A DNA stretch of 58,321 nucleotides from an uncultured Candidatus Saccharibacteria bacterium (GCA_964596875.1 CAZQVT010000003.1:1-58321), one strand, 5' to 3'; positions 47,150 through 56,026 are shown, numbered from the stretch's first letter. The notes: a model not told the origin generated them from the letters alone. Program-made: numbers and translations.

Positions 47150-47173
47150 CCGTCCGGCGACTGGAATATGACT

Positions 47174-47209
47174 TGCCCGCTTCTTGCGAAGCGGGCATTT
47201 CCTTTTATT
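47174..47209 (+). terminator. Intrinsic terminator of the GC-rich gene
   Basis: TGCCCGCTTC-TTGC-GAAGCGGGCA followed by TTTCCTTTTATT. Overlaps the stop of the convergent deaminase gene. Confidence 0.6.
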
Positions 47210-48038
47210 GTTCTATATAAATAATTTCAATTCCCTTACTTCTTAAAATAGTTTCTTGATCTAACATTTGATATCCCCCACCATAATATATTTTTTTAAT
47301 ACCAGAAAAAGCAATTTGTTTTGCGCAAAGCGAGCACGGGAAAATTGTCACGTACAAAGAAGTTCCATCAAGAGCAATTCCCTGCCTTGCAGCATCTGCA
47401 ATTAGTCTCGCTTCCGAGTGAATCGCTGTTGCAATATCGGTTCCAACACCTTTGTGTAAAGTATTTCGTGGATCACCATCTGCATATGGAGAATGTGGGC
47501 TAGGTAAATGTTCGTTATGAGCAACAAGCAAAACTTTCCCATTTTTAATTACTGCAGAAGCAACTCTCCTCCACCAGTCTGAACTTTTTTCTGCCTCCAG
47601 TTTTAGGTTGTTTAATATTTCCTTATCAAAAAAATCTCTAGAAATTTTTTGGTCAGCATCCACTGGTTTTTCTTCCATAGTTTTATGTTTATCCCAGCGT
47701 AAAAAAACTGAATCGAATATTACATTTTGGCCAGCAAAATATTTCTCACTAAGTTCCTGCATTATGTCCTCGTTCGGCATAACTATCTCTAGTTTTTTTG
47801 TAGACAAAGTATTCAAAGTTGGAACATCTAAAATATTAACTGATGGAAGAAGATGCCAACTCTCTATACTTTTTTTAATTAGTTCTGGATTCAATTCGCG
47901 TATCTCTTTTGAAAGATACGTGAATTCAGAAATGATGTCTTTGCCAAGAACATACAAGTTATGATCCTTATATTTATCAAAAAATCTCCTGTAACCCTCA
48001 TGAAGAACTGGTACGTAAGCTATTATGATTTTTTCCAT
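47205..48038 (-). CDS. dCMP (deoxycytidylate) deaminase domain fused to a ~150-aa N-terminal domain of unknown function
   Basis: 277 aa. C-terminal HSEARLI...PCSLCAKQI zinc motifs (HAE/PCxxC type). N-terminal IIAYVPVLHEGYRRFF... is unassigned. Confidence 0.85.
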   Translation of the reverse strand: MEKIIIAYVPVLHEGYRRFFDKYKDHNLYVLGKDIISEFTYLSKEIRELNPELIKKSIESWHLLPSVNILDVPTLNTLSTKKLEIVMPNEDIMQELSEKYFAGQNVIFDSVFLRWDKHKTMEEKPVDADQKISRDFFDKEILNNLKLEAEKSSDWWRRVASAVIKNGKVLLVAHNEHLPSPHSPYADGDPRNTLHKGVGTDIATAIHSEARLIADAARQGIALDGTSLYVTIFPCSLCAKQIAFSGIKKIYYGGGYQMLDQETILRSKGIEIIYIEQ

Positions 48039-48040
48039 AT

Positions 48041-48643
48041 TTATCCTTTTACTTCCGCAAGAACTTCTTCAATTACTTTCATTATTTTTGGAGTTAAAGT
48101 TTGGCCCATTTTTTTTGCGGTGCCTATTTGGAGTAGTCTTATTTTTGCACTAGTTGATGTTGTAGCCCTTGGCTCCAAAACCACAACCTTACCGCAGTAT
48201 TTTTTTAATTCCTTAAGTTGAGCCGGACTATATGTTTGTTTAGTTGCAATTAAGATGTCAGGATTAATTGCCTTAATCAAGGACCACTTTGGATCTTTTA
48301 GTTCCTTTAGAAAAACCACATCTACATATCGAAGATGAGTTAACATTTCAAGTCTTTCACCCTCAGGGACCACAGGTCTCTCTGGACCTTTTCTGTGCTT
48401 AACCTTTTTGTCACTATCTACACCAACAACAAGCAAATCACCGTGCTCTTTTGCTTCTTTCAAATATCTTCCATGACCAACGTGTATCATATCAAAAGTT
48501 CCCTGTGTTAAAACTATTTTTAAACCCAAACCCTTACAATGATCGATTAATGTTTTAATTTTTTTATAGTCAGTAACAATCCTTCCGTCAGAATTATTTT
48601 CAGAAAATTGACCCTTGTTTTTGATTAATGATGAGTGTTTCAT
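48041..48643 (-). CDS. Cytidylyltransferase-family nucleotidyltransferase (HxGH; RfaE-II/TagD/RibL-like)
   Basis: 200 aa. GTFDMIHVGHGRYL (HxGH) and TSTSAKIR (ISTS-type motif). 2-nt gap to the deaminase gene. Confidence 0.75.
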   Translation of the reverse strand: MKHSSLIKNKGQFSENNSDGRIVTDYKKIKTLIDHCKGLGLKIVLTQGTFDMIHVGHGRYLKEAKEHGDLLVVGVDSDKKVKHRKGPERPVVPEGERLEMLTHLRYVDVVFLKELKDPKWSLIKAINPDILIATKQTYSPAQLKELKKYCGKVVVLEPRATTSTSAKIRLLQIGTAKKMGQTLTPKIMKVIEEVLAEVKG

Positions 48644-48701
48644 GTTTGTTTATTAATAGTATACAATCTACTGAAAGCAGTATAGATTAACGCAAACTAA
48701 C

Positions 48702-49208
48702 ATGTCAAACTTATCCCAAAAACCCATAATTAGCATAATAGCTGCAATTAGTGAAAAAAATAGGGCAATTGGCCATAAAAATCGCTTATTATGGAAGATA
48801 GATGGAGACCTACCACGATTCAAAAAACTTACCACTGGCCACCCTATTATTATGGGCAGGATTACTTTCGATACAATAGGAAGACCCCTACCAAATCGGA
48901 CAAATATTATTATATCTAGATCAAAAGTAGTTTATCCTGAATATCCAGATTTAATCATAGCGAATGACATAGAAAGCGCGTTAAATATCGCAAAAAATTA
49001 TGATAATGATGAAATATTTATTATTGGTGGCGGACAAATATATTCTGCCGGGATTAGTTATGCGGATAGACTATACCTAACAGTAGTGCACAACGAACCA
49101 GAAGCCGATACTTTTTTCCCAGAATATTCAAATTTCACAAAAGAAATTTACAGAGAAGAACACAATGAGTTTGATCCTAAATTTACTTATCTTACATTAG
49201 AAAAATAA
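48702..49208 (+). CDS. folA: Dihydrofolate reductase
   Basis: 168 aa. IIAAISEKNRAIG...LLWKIDGDLPRFKKLTTGHPIIMGR...IIGGGQIY. Confidence 0.9.
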   Translation: MSNLSQKPIISIIAAISEKNRAIGHKNRLLWKIDGDLPRFKKLTTGHPIIMGRITFDTIGRPLPNRTNIIISRSKVVYPEYPDLIIANDIESALNIAKNYDNDEIFIIGGGQIYSAGISYADRLYLTVVHNEPEADTFFPEYSNFTKEIYREEHNEFDPKFTYLTLEK

Positions 49209-49236
49209 AACCCCTTTCGGGGTTTTATTTTTTGTA
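49207..49236. terminator. Bidirectional intrinsic terminator
   Basis: AAAACCCC-TTTC-GGGGTTTT followed by ATTTTTT, between convergent folA and rplK. Confidence 0.7.
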
Positions 49237-49251
49237 TTTTTAGAATCAAAT

Positions 49252-49674
49252 TTATTTTATATCAACTCCCATACTTCGTGCTGAGCCTGCAATAATTTTC
49301 ATAGCTGCCTCAACATCATTTGCATTCAAGTCTCCCATTTTCTTTTCAGCGATCTCTTTTAGTTGTGCTTTTGAAAGACTACCTACTTTTGAAACATTAT
49401 TTTTACCTGAACCTTTCTCCTTTCCAAGAGCCTTTAGAATAAGAGCTGATGCTGGAGATGTTTTAAGTACGAATGTAAATGTTCTGTCCTCATAAACTGA
49501 CACCTCTACTGGAACAGTCTCACCTATCATTTTTTGTGTAGCATCGTTGAATTGTTTTACGAATTCAGCAATGTTAACACCAGCCTGTCCAAGAGCAGGT
49601 CCAAGTGGTGGAGCAGGAGTTGCCTTACCTCCAGTCGCCAACAGTTTTAGTTTTTTTACTACCTTTTTTGCCAT
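49252..49674 (-). CDS. rplK: 50S ribosomal protein L11
   Basis: 140 aa. [26 protein letters not shown]. Confidence 0.93.
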   Translation of the reverse strand: MAKKVVKKLKLLATGGKATPAPPLGPALGQAGVNIAEFVKQFNDATQKMIGETVPVEVSVYEDRTFTFVLKTSPASALILKALGKEKGSGKNNVSKVGSLSKAQLKEIAEKKMGDLNANDVEAAMKIIAGSARSMGVDIK

Positions 49675-49717
49675 AATTTTGTTTTGTTACATTACTATAA
49701 ATCCCCTTTTTTTGCAA

Positions 49718-50263
49718 TTAAATCTTTTTTACCTGTAAGAAGTCCAATTCTACCGGAGTCTCCCGACCAAACATCGCAACCAAAACCTTAACCTTGCCTC
49801 TTTCTTCATCCACTTCTGAAACCTTACCGTCGAGGTCTTTAAACGGACCGTCTACTATAGTAATAGCGTCGTTTATCTGTAGGTCAATCTTATGCTTAAC
49901 ATTGCCTGAATCCATTCTCTTGAACAGATCATCAATTTCTTTTTTATCTATTGGAACTGGGTAAACACCTGAACCAACGAAACCAGTAACTCTAGGAGTG
50001 TTTCTTACTACGAACCATGAATCTTCAGTCACGATCATATCTACCAAAATGTATCCCGGGTAGATCTTTTCCTCTTCTTCTATTCTTTTTCCGCCCTTAA
50101 TCTTGATTTTCTTCTCAGTTGGAACGATAACATTAAAAATTTTGTCCTCCATTCCCAAAGATTCTATACGCTGTTTCAGGTTACGCATAACGGCATTCTC
50201 ATACCCCGCGTAAGTGTGAACAACATACCAGTTTCTTGTGTTATGTGATTGTTGTTTTGCCAT
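49718..50263 (-). CDS. nusG: Transcription termination/antitermination factor NusG
   Basis: 181 aa. WYVVHTYAGYEN NGN domain and C-terminal KOW (GPFKDLDGKVSEVD). Confidence 0.93.
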   Translation of the reverse strand: MAKQQSHNTRNWYVVHTYAGYENAVMRNLKQRIESLGMEDKIFNVIVPTEKKIKIKGGKRIEEEEKIYPGYILVDMIVTEDSWFVVRNTPRVTGFVGSGVYPVPIDKKEIDDLFKRMDSGNVKHKIDLQINDAITIVDGPFKDLDGKVSEVDEERGKVKVLVAMFGRETPVELDFLQVKKI

Positions 50264-50283
50264 AATAAATTAAATATAGATTA

Positions 50284-50463
50284 TTAAATTACAAACTTTT
50301 CAAGAACTAGTTTTAACAAATAGTCGAAAAATCCCAAGAAGAATGAAACGAAAAATGAAACGATTACTACAACTAGGGTAAAAGCAGCAGCCTGGTTTTT
50401 TGTAGGCCAAGATACATGACTTAGTTCCCCTTTTGTGTCCTTTAGATATGTGATTAGACTCAT
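50284..50463 (-). CDS. secE: Preprotein translocase subunit SecE (not in the supplied ORF track)
   Basis: Hand translation: MSLITYLKDTKGELSHVSWPTKNQAAAFTLVVVIVSFFVSFFLGFFDYLLKLVLEKFVI*. It has the E-L-x-x-V-x-WP motif plus a single TM. Canonical position upstream of nusG. Confidence 0.75.
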   Translation of the reverse strand: MSLITYLKDTKGELSHVSWPTKNQAAAFTLVVVIVSFFVSFFLGFFDYLLKLVLEKFVI

Positions 50464-50487
50464 AGTTTTAAATTTAGCCTGGTAGTA

Positions 50488-50512
50488 AAAAACCCCTCGG
50501 GGGGTTATTTAC
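50488..50512 (-). terminator. Intrinsic terminator after the SIMPL-domain gene
   Basis: Minus strand reads AACCCCCCGAGGGGUU followed by UUUUUA. Confidence 0.7.
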
Positions 50513-50544
50513 TATACTACTTTATATACCTACTTTAGTCAATA

Positions 50545-51369
50545 CTACCGTATTTCGTATGTAATAGTCACGTTTGAAACTATCTTGTTTTCACCGGTTG
50601 GTACAGACGGTGTTGCTTGTGCAGACATTACAGCACCTATACCACCCTTGGCGTCCATAGCAGATTCTCTGTACATTATTGGATAAGCACCGTCTCCATT
50701 CTCGTAAAAGTTCACAACTGTGTCTAGTTTTACACCAAGAGTTTTAGATAATACTTTTGCTTTTGCTTTTGCATCTGCAACCGCCTTTTCTCTTGCTTCT
50801 GCTTTTACTTTTTCTAGGTCATCAACAACAAAATCTAGACCAGAAATATTTGAGGCTCCAAGTTCACCTACCTTTGTAAGTGCTTCACCAGCCTTGTCTG
50901 TATTTCTAACCTTTACAGAGATAGACTGTGACACTTCGTAGCCCACCAAAATTTGTTTTCCTGGAGGACAGTATAGGTTTGTACAAGCAACCTGGTTGTA
51001 CTCATACTTTGGATTTGAATAGTAACTTGTAGTTTTTACATCTTTATCGTCGATGCCCATAGATTTAATAGCATCTAGAATAGAGTTTATTTTTTTTGTC
51101 GCTTTGTCTTGCGCTTCTTTTACAGTTTTACCATCTTCATTTACACTAAATGAAAAAGATGCTGTGTCTGGAACAGCCAAAACTTCGCCCGTACCATTTA
51201 CAGCTATTACGTTTGAAGGATATACACCCTTACCTATATAAGACAGTTCTTTCAAAGAAGAAAGAACCTTAACTCCCAAAAAAACTGCGAGCAAAACTAC
51301 TGCCCAAAGCACAGCTTTTGACAGTCTATTTTTCTGCACTCCATCCATACTATTTAAAAATTCGTTCAT
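50545..51369 (-). CDS. SIMPL/DUF541-domain protein with N-terminal membrane anchor
   Basis: 274 aa. TM AVLWAVVLLAVFLGV. Family-like layout with a lysine/alanine-rich helix and C-terminal VSNVTITYEI. Confidence 0.7.
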   Translation of the reverse strand: MNEFLNSMDGVQKNRLSKAVLWAVVLLAVFLGVKVLSSLKELSYIGKGVYPSNVIAVNGTGEVLAVPDTASFSFSVNEDGKTVKEAQDKATKKINSILDAIKSMGIDDKDVKTTSYYSNPKYEYNQVACTNLYCPPGKQILVGYEVSQSISVKVRNTDKAGEALTKVGELGASNISGLDFVVDDLEKVKAEAREKAVADAKAKAKVLSKTLGVKLDTVVNFYENGDGAYPIMYRESAMDAKGGIGAVMSAQATPSVPTGENKIVSNVTITYEIR

Positions 51370-51428
51370 TTGTTTATTTTTAATTGATAATTCTTCTAAA
51401 TGATAATGACTATTCTAGCACGGTTTCA

Positions 51429-51962
51429 TTACAACTTATATTCATAATTTTTAAATAGTCGGATCGATAGATAAGAAACACAGACTCCCAGTAAAACTCC
51501 GAAAAGTACATCACTTAGCCAGTGGACACCTAGATATAGTCTGGAAATGGAAACTAAGGTTGCCAGCGAAATAGAGAAGAAAACAAAAATCCTTCTATGA
51601 AAGTTGCTCAAAGACCTGCTAAAAATATAGTTGAGCATAATAAAGAAAACTACACTTATAGTTGCGTGCCCGCTAGGCAAACTTCCCCCATGTGCAACAA
51701 AAACTGAATCCAAAGGCCTTGCCGTGTTGAATAAATACTTAAGTATATAGACTGTTACAGTGGTGAAACCAATAGTTGAAAGAAACAAAACAGAATACTT
51801 TAAACCTCGTATTCTATAAATCAAAAAACTCACAGCAAGCAGAAGTAAAACAAAGCCCACAGAAACATTAAAAACGGTAGTGAGTAAATACATGAACTCG
51901 GTTATATCTGGAGTTCTAGTAGAAACAAAAAAGTTTTGAACTATTATGTTTAGATTTTGCAT
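51429..51962 (-). CDS. PAP2-family phosphatase (undecaprenyl-diphosphatase-like)
   Basis: 177 aa. KYLFNTARP, PSGHA, SRLYLGVHWLSDV (three PAP2 motifs). Confidence 0.8.
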   Translation of the reverse strand: MQNLNIIVQNFFVSTRTPDITEFMYLLTTVFNVSVGFVLLLLAVSFLIYRIRGLKYSVLFLSTIGFTTVTVYILKYLFNTARPLDSVFVAHGGSLPSGHATISVVFFIMLNYIFSRSLSNFHRRIFVFFSISLATLVSISRLYLGVHWLSDVLFGVLLGVCVSYLSIRLFKNYEYKL

Positions 51963-51983
51963 TGAAACAATATTAGCATTTAT

Positions 51984-52850
51984 TTACTTTGGTTCCCATC
52001 TTGCAAAAATCCCGCAAGATAACAGTCTTTCTCCAGAAGTTTCTTGTATTAGTAACTCTCCAAATGTATTTGCTCCCCCTAAATCTCCAAAGACACCTTG
52101 AAGTATCTGCCCGTAGGTTACACTTGAATAAACCGAGGCATACCCATTCAACAACACTCCAACAGGTTTTTCGGAAAGAATCTTTTTCAGCCTCAATAAA
52201 AGTGGAACTAGGTCTTCCTCTATTTTCCAAATTTTATCATTTGTTCCTCTGCCATACACTGGTGGATCCAAAACTATCACGTCGTATTTTGCACCTCTTT
52301 TAATTTCTCTTTCAACAAACTTTCTAACATCATCTACGATAAACCTAACACTTTTATCTCCAAACCCGCTGTCTTCTAGATTCTTTTTTGCATGATCTAC
52401 TGCATACTTTGAAGCATCGAGGTGAACAACTTCTCCACCAGCCTTTACACACGCTAAAGTTGCACCCCCCGTATGAGCAAAAAGATTTAGAACTTTTATT
52501 TGTCTTTTTGAGCCCACTATTTTATCTTCTAGCCACTTCCAGTTCTCAGCTTGTTCTGGAAAAAGCCCTAAATGTTTTGATGGTAACAATTTCAAGTTGA
52601 AAACAAAGTTTTCAAAATTAATCTGCCATTCATCAGATAGACCAGCTTTCTTTGTCCATCTTCCTGCCTTTTGTCCGTGTGCAAAAACTGCACTGGCCTT
52701 ATTCCACTCTGAGTCATCCATTCTCTTATCCCAAAGCGCCTGACTATCTGGTCTGCGCAAAATATACTCTCCGTATCTTTCTAGTTTCTCCCCATTGCCA
52801 CTATCTAAAAGTTCGTAAGATTTACTTTTGTTTGTGATTAATATTTCCAT
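51984..52850 (-). CDS. Class I SAM-dependent methyltransferase (RlmI/RlmK-like)
   Basis: 288 aa. VLNLFAHTGGATLA (motif I) and YDVIVLDPPVYG (motif IV). Confidence 0.75.
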   Translation of the reverse strand: MEILITNKSKSYELLDSGNGEKLERYGEYILRRPDSQALWDKRMDDSEWNKASAVFAHGQKAGRWTKKAGLSDEWQINFENFVFNLKLLPSKHLGLFPEQAENWKWLEDKIVGSKRQIKVLNLFAHTGGATLACVKAGGEVVHLDASKYAVDHAKKNLEDSGFGDKSVRFIVDDVRKFVEREIKRGAKYDVIVLDPPVYGRGTNDKIWKIEEDLVPLLLRLKKILSEKPVGVLLNGYASVYSSVTYGQILQGVFGDLGGANTFGELLIQETSGERLLSCGIFARWEPK

Positions 52851-52852
52851 TT

Positions 52853-53380
52853 TTATTTAATACCCGTTACCAAAAAAGAAACCTTTCGTGGTCTGTCATG
52901 ATCTAGTTCTACCAACATTATCTCCTGCCATCTACCTTTATGAATCTTGCCTTCTTCGACTATAAAGTTAACAAATGGATGAATCATGAGGGCTTGTGCA
53001 TGTGCATGTCCATTTACACACTCTTGTATTACACCATTTTCGTCTGGCTCGCAAAGATGTGTATTTCTTTTACCAGTTTCATTTCCCTTTTGAGCTATAT
53101 CGTTGTGACCGTAGTCATGCATTGGACTAGCAAAATCATCTAGAACTTTTCGCAAATCTGCAGTGTAGCCTATTTCCTCACTTGGCCCAATTAGATTTTT
53201 CTCGTTTTCATTTACCCACAAACCACAAGTCGTATGATGTGTCTGGACTAAAATACTACCCCTTTTTATACCAGAGTTTAGAATAGCTTTTTCCACATCA
53301 GAAGTTATAGTTATAAACTGTTGTCGATACTTTGTCTGATATTCTTTTGTTTCTAAATGAGCAAAATATTTTCCTTCCAT
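52853..53380 (-). CDS. YjbQ/UPF0047-family protein
   Basis: 175 aa. VQTHHTTCGLWVNENE and GRWQEIMLVELDHDRPRKV match the family pattern. Contains a ~30-aa internal insertion. Confidence 0.75.
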   Translation of the reverse strand: MEGKYFAHLETKEYQTKYRQQFITITSDVEKAILNSGIKRGSILVQTHHTTCGLWVNENEKNLIGPSEEIGYTADLRKVLDDFASPMHDYGHNDIAQKGNETGKRNTHLCEPDENGVIQECVNGHAHAQALMIHPFVNFIVEEGKIHKGRWQEIMLVELDHDRPRKVSFLVTGIK

Positions 53381-53466
53381 ATAAAGAATATTATAACTTA
53401 CCCAAGATCAAATAAAAGATAGTTGTTAAGGTATCTGATAAGGAGGTCTTGCGCGATAGCCCCCGA

Positions 53467-55221
53467 CTATCGCTCACCAATTTGCTGTCTCCACATAGCG
53501 TAGTAAAGCCCCTTATCTTTAAGTAACTCTTCGTGAGTTCCGGATTCAGAAACGACTCCTTTTTCCAAAACATATATTTTATCTGCATGCATAATAGTTG
53601 AAAGTCTGTGTGCCACCAAAACAGTTATATGTTCTTTTGTGCTTGTAACGTCTCGCACTGTCTTTGTTATTTCCTCCTCTGTTATAGAATCTAGTGAAGA
53701 AGTAGCCTCATCAAAAACTAAAAGTGTAGGTTTTCTAAGTAGCGCTCTTGCAATAGACAATCTTTGTTTTTCTCCACCAGATATTTTAACACCCCCTTCA
53801 CCAATAACAGTATCCAAACCTTTTTCTGCTCTCTTCATAAGAGAATCACAAGCACTTCTATGAAGTACGTCCATACATTCTGCATCTGTTGCATCTGGAT
53901 TTACGAACAAGAGATTTTCTCTAATAGTCCCGGCAAAAAGTTGGGTATCTTGTGTCACGAAACCAATCTGACTTCTCAAATCATTTAAGTTTATCTCTTT
54001 CGAATCAATCCCATTATAAGAAACTGAACCATTTACTGGGTTGTATAAACTTACGATAAGTTTAACTACACTAGTTTTGCCAGAGCCGGACGGACCCACA
54101 AAAGCAACCGTATCACCCTTTTTAATTTTTAAAGAAATGTTGTCTACGGCATTTGCAACAGCATTATTGTAAGAAAAAGAAACTTCCTTGAATTCTATCT
54201 CTTCTAAGTTTCCTAAATGTTTTGAATCTTTAGGAATCGGTTCTACTGGAGTGTCTATTATTTCTCTATATTTCTTTAATGAAACCTGAGTTTCTCTATA
54301 TATATTCATAATATTTCCAAGCATCTGAAGTGGCTCAAAAACAAAGAAAGAATAAATGAGCAGTGAGAAAAACTGACCTACGGTAATTATTCCCTTGAAA
54401 ATTAGTATAAACATAAACAACTGTATTGCTGTTCTCAAAAAGTTTATGATCGTGCCTTGAATAAAACTTATACTTCTTATGTATTTAAGTTTTTGTAGTT
54501 CAAGATTTAGAATTTTTTGAGTAGTGCTATTTAGTCTTCCTATTTCTTGTTCGCTAAGACCTAGACTCTTTACTAACTCAATATTTCTCAAAGACTCTGT
54601 AGTTGAACCGGCAAGTGCAACTGTTTCTTTTACGATTCTCTCTTGAATATTTTTTACTTTTTTTGATAAAAAGTAGATAACAAAACCGATAATAGGTGCT
54701 GTTAGACCGTATGCCAAAGCAATACCCCAGTAAAGGTTTATGGCGTAGATAGTAACGAATATAAAACCAACCAAAGAAACAAAAACTATATTTATTATGT
54801 TAGTAATAAGATTTTCTGAGTCAGTTCTAGATTTCTGAAGCAGGTTTAAAGTTTCCCCACTTCTCTGATCTTCAAAAACTCTATACGGCAAAGCCAGCGA
54901 ATGTTTTACCCCGTCTGCATATAGTTCAGCGCCAAGCCTTTTTGTAATTGAGTTCAAGTAAAAATCCTGAAAGTTTTTAGCGACTCTAGATATAAAAGCC
55001 ATACCTATAGTCAAAAGGAGTAGTTTTGAAACACCAGTTAGAAACTCTGCAAAAGTAAACTGTCCAAACTTTGTAGCATAGTTATCTACAACAAGCCGAA
55101 AAACGTAAGGGTCAAGAAGTGAAAAAATCTGATTTACAGATGCCAAAAAAAGCACAAGTAAACACATTCTCCAGTATTTTTTTAAATATTTCCAAAGTAT
55201 ATCCATATTACATATTTGCAT
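53467..55221 (-). CDS. ABC exporter, fused permease-ATPase (MsbA/type I exporter-like)
   Basis: 584 aa. Six-TM N-terminal half, Walker A GPSGSGKTS, signature ISGGEKQR, Walker B LLVFDEATS. An alternative ATG at 55206 would remove the overlap with the upstream gene. Confidence 0.9.
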   Translation of the reverse strand: MQICNMDILWKYLKKYWRMCLLVLFLASVNQIFSLLDPYVFRLVVDNYATKFGQFTFAEFLTGVSKLLLLTIGMAFISRVAKNFQDFYLNSITKRLGAELYADGVKHSLALPYRVFEDQRSGETLNLLQKSRTDSENLITNIINIVFVSLVGFIFVTIYAINLYWGIALAYGLTAPIIGFVIYFLSKKVKNIQERIVKETVALAGSTTESLRNIELVKSLGLSEQEIGRLNSTTQKILNLELQKLKYIRSISFIQGTIINFLRTAIQLFMFILIFKGIITVGQFFSLLIYSFFVFEPLQMLGNIMNIYRETQVSLKKYREIIDTPVEPIPKDSKHLGNLEEIEFKEVSFSYNNAVANAVDNISLKIKKGDTVAFVGPSGSGKTSVVKLIVSLYNPVNGSVSYNGIDSKEINLNDLRSQIGFVTQDTQLFAGTIRENLLFVNPDATDAECMDVLHRSACDSLMKRAEKGLDTVIGEGGVKISGGEKQRLSIARALLRKPTLLVFDEATSSLDSITEEEITKTVRDVTSTKEHITVLVAHRLSTIMHADKIYVLEKGVVSESGTHEELLKDKGLYYAMWRQQIGER

Positions 55222-55687
55222 CCATGCCTCCCCACAAATTCATGGTACTAATTTTCAGACCATTTGATTTTTCATACAAGAATAGTTGCATTCTATACGC
55301 AGAAAAATTTCTTAATATATTTATCATATGCTCAGCAACTGTAGCTTTTCCATAAAAATCTACTTCCTTTGAAAAGTCAGCATCTGAAAACTTTGAGAAG
55401 TTTTCTTTCATGTCAGCGAGTTCTATATCCATCTTCTCTGCAAAGTTTTCTATAGTTACTAATTTTCTGAAATCATCATATTCTCCCCATGCCTTAACAT
55501 CACCCACCTGTATAGATTTCATAATTCCAGAACCCACTGCAGAAATATATTGCATAAGTTCAAGGGTACTTCTCTGTGCTGGAGTTGGTCTATATTCCGC
55601 CATTTCAGGTGTAACTTTCGCCCCTAAATGTTTTATAATCCTCACTTCATTTTCAAGTGATTTTATGAAATTTTCTTTTGTATACAT
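55208..55687 (-). CDS. Hypothetical helical protein (possibly DinB-like bundle)
   Basis: 159-aa ORF co-oriented with and overlapping the ABC exporter start. Assignment is weak. Confidence 0.5.
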   Translation of the reverse strand: MYTKENFIKSLENEVRIIKHLGAKVTPEMAEYRPTPAQRSTLELMQYISAVGSGIMKSIQVGDVKAWGEYDDFRKLVTIENFAEKMDIELADMKENFSKFSDADFSKEVDFYGKATVAEHMINILRNFSAYRMQLFLYEKSNGLKISTMNLWGGMDANM

Positions 55688-55760
55688 ATTTTATTTTAGT
55701 TAATGAAAACCAGTATAGCATAAAATGCTATTTGATTTATAAAAAGTTTCACCTTTATTT

Positions 55761-55845
55761 TGGTGCCCAGGGGGAGACTCGAACTCCCACACCTTACGGC
55801 ACACCCACCTCAAGGGTGCTTGGCTACCAATTACAACACCTGGGC
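55761..55845 (-). tRNA. tRNA-Leu(GAG), CCA encoded
   Basis: Acceptor GCCCAGG/CCTGGGC, anticodon stem CACCC/GGGTG with loop TTGAGGT, long variable arm, T-arm GGGAG-TTCGAGT-CTCCC, A73, CCA. Confidence 0.92.
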
Positions 55846-55952
55846 AACACACATTTGAGTATAATTTTTTTTACCTAATTTTTCAATAAAACTAGATTTA
55901 TCTTGATTTTTCTGTTATAAATTGATTACCTGAAATTTATTTCGGGTTAGAT

Positions 55953-56026
55953 GGTGGCTATGGTGTAGCGGTAGCACGCGAGCTTGTGGAGCTCTCTGTC
56001 TGGGTTCGACTCCCAGTAGCCACCCA
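55953..56026 (+). tRNA. tRNA-His(GUG) with encoded G-1
   Basis: Extra 5' G opposite the discriminator C. Acceptor GTGGCTA/TAGCCAC, anticodon loop TTGTGGA, T-arm CTGGG-TTCGACT-CCCAG. Confidence 0.9.

Larger units (their letters stand above)
46531..47209 (+). other. High-GC compositional island (single-gene cassette, putative horizontal acquisition)
   Basis: Abrupt shift to GC-rich sequence. Open frames in four reading frames in the ORF track. Own GGGAGG RBS, GTG start and GC-rich terminator. Confidence 0.7.

Noticed and set aside
46615-47171. Four extra ORFs (46615-46929 +, 46628-46810 -, 46820-47122 -, 46926-47171 +) inside the GC-rich island
   Set aside because: High-GC DNA is depleted in stop codons in all frames. 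Only the 46565-47149 frame has an RBS, a family-specific motif set (CPFC, HxHxH) and colinearity with the neighbouring HIT protein.
47205-48038. Fused deaminase as an anti-phage dCTP deaminase defence gene
   Set aside because: The N-terminal domain has no P-loop or kinase signature. The gene is embedded in the thymidylate-cycle cluster and operonic with a housekeeping-type nucleotidyltransferase. It is kept only as a low-probability alternative.
51973-52230. ORFs 51973-52230 (-) and 53391-53588 (-) overlapping the methyltransferase and ABC transporter 3' ends
   Set aside because: They are same-strand out-of-frame overlaps with well-supported genes and show no independent signals.
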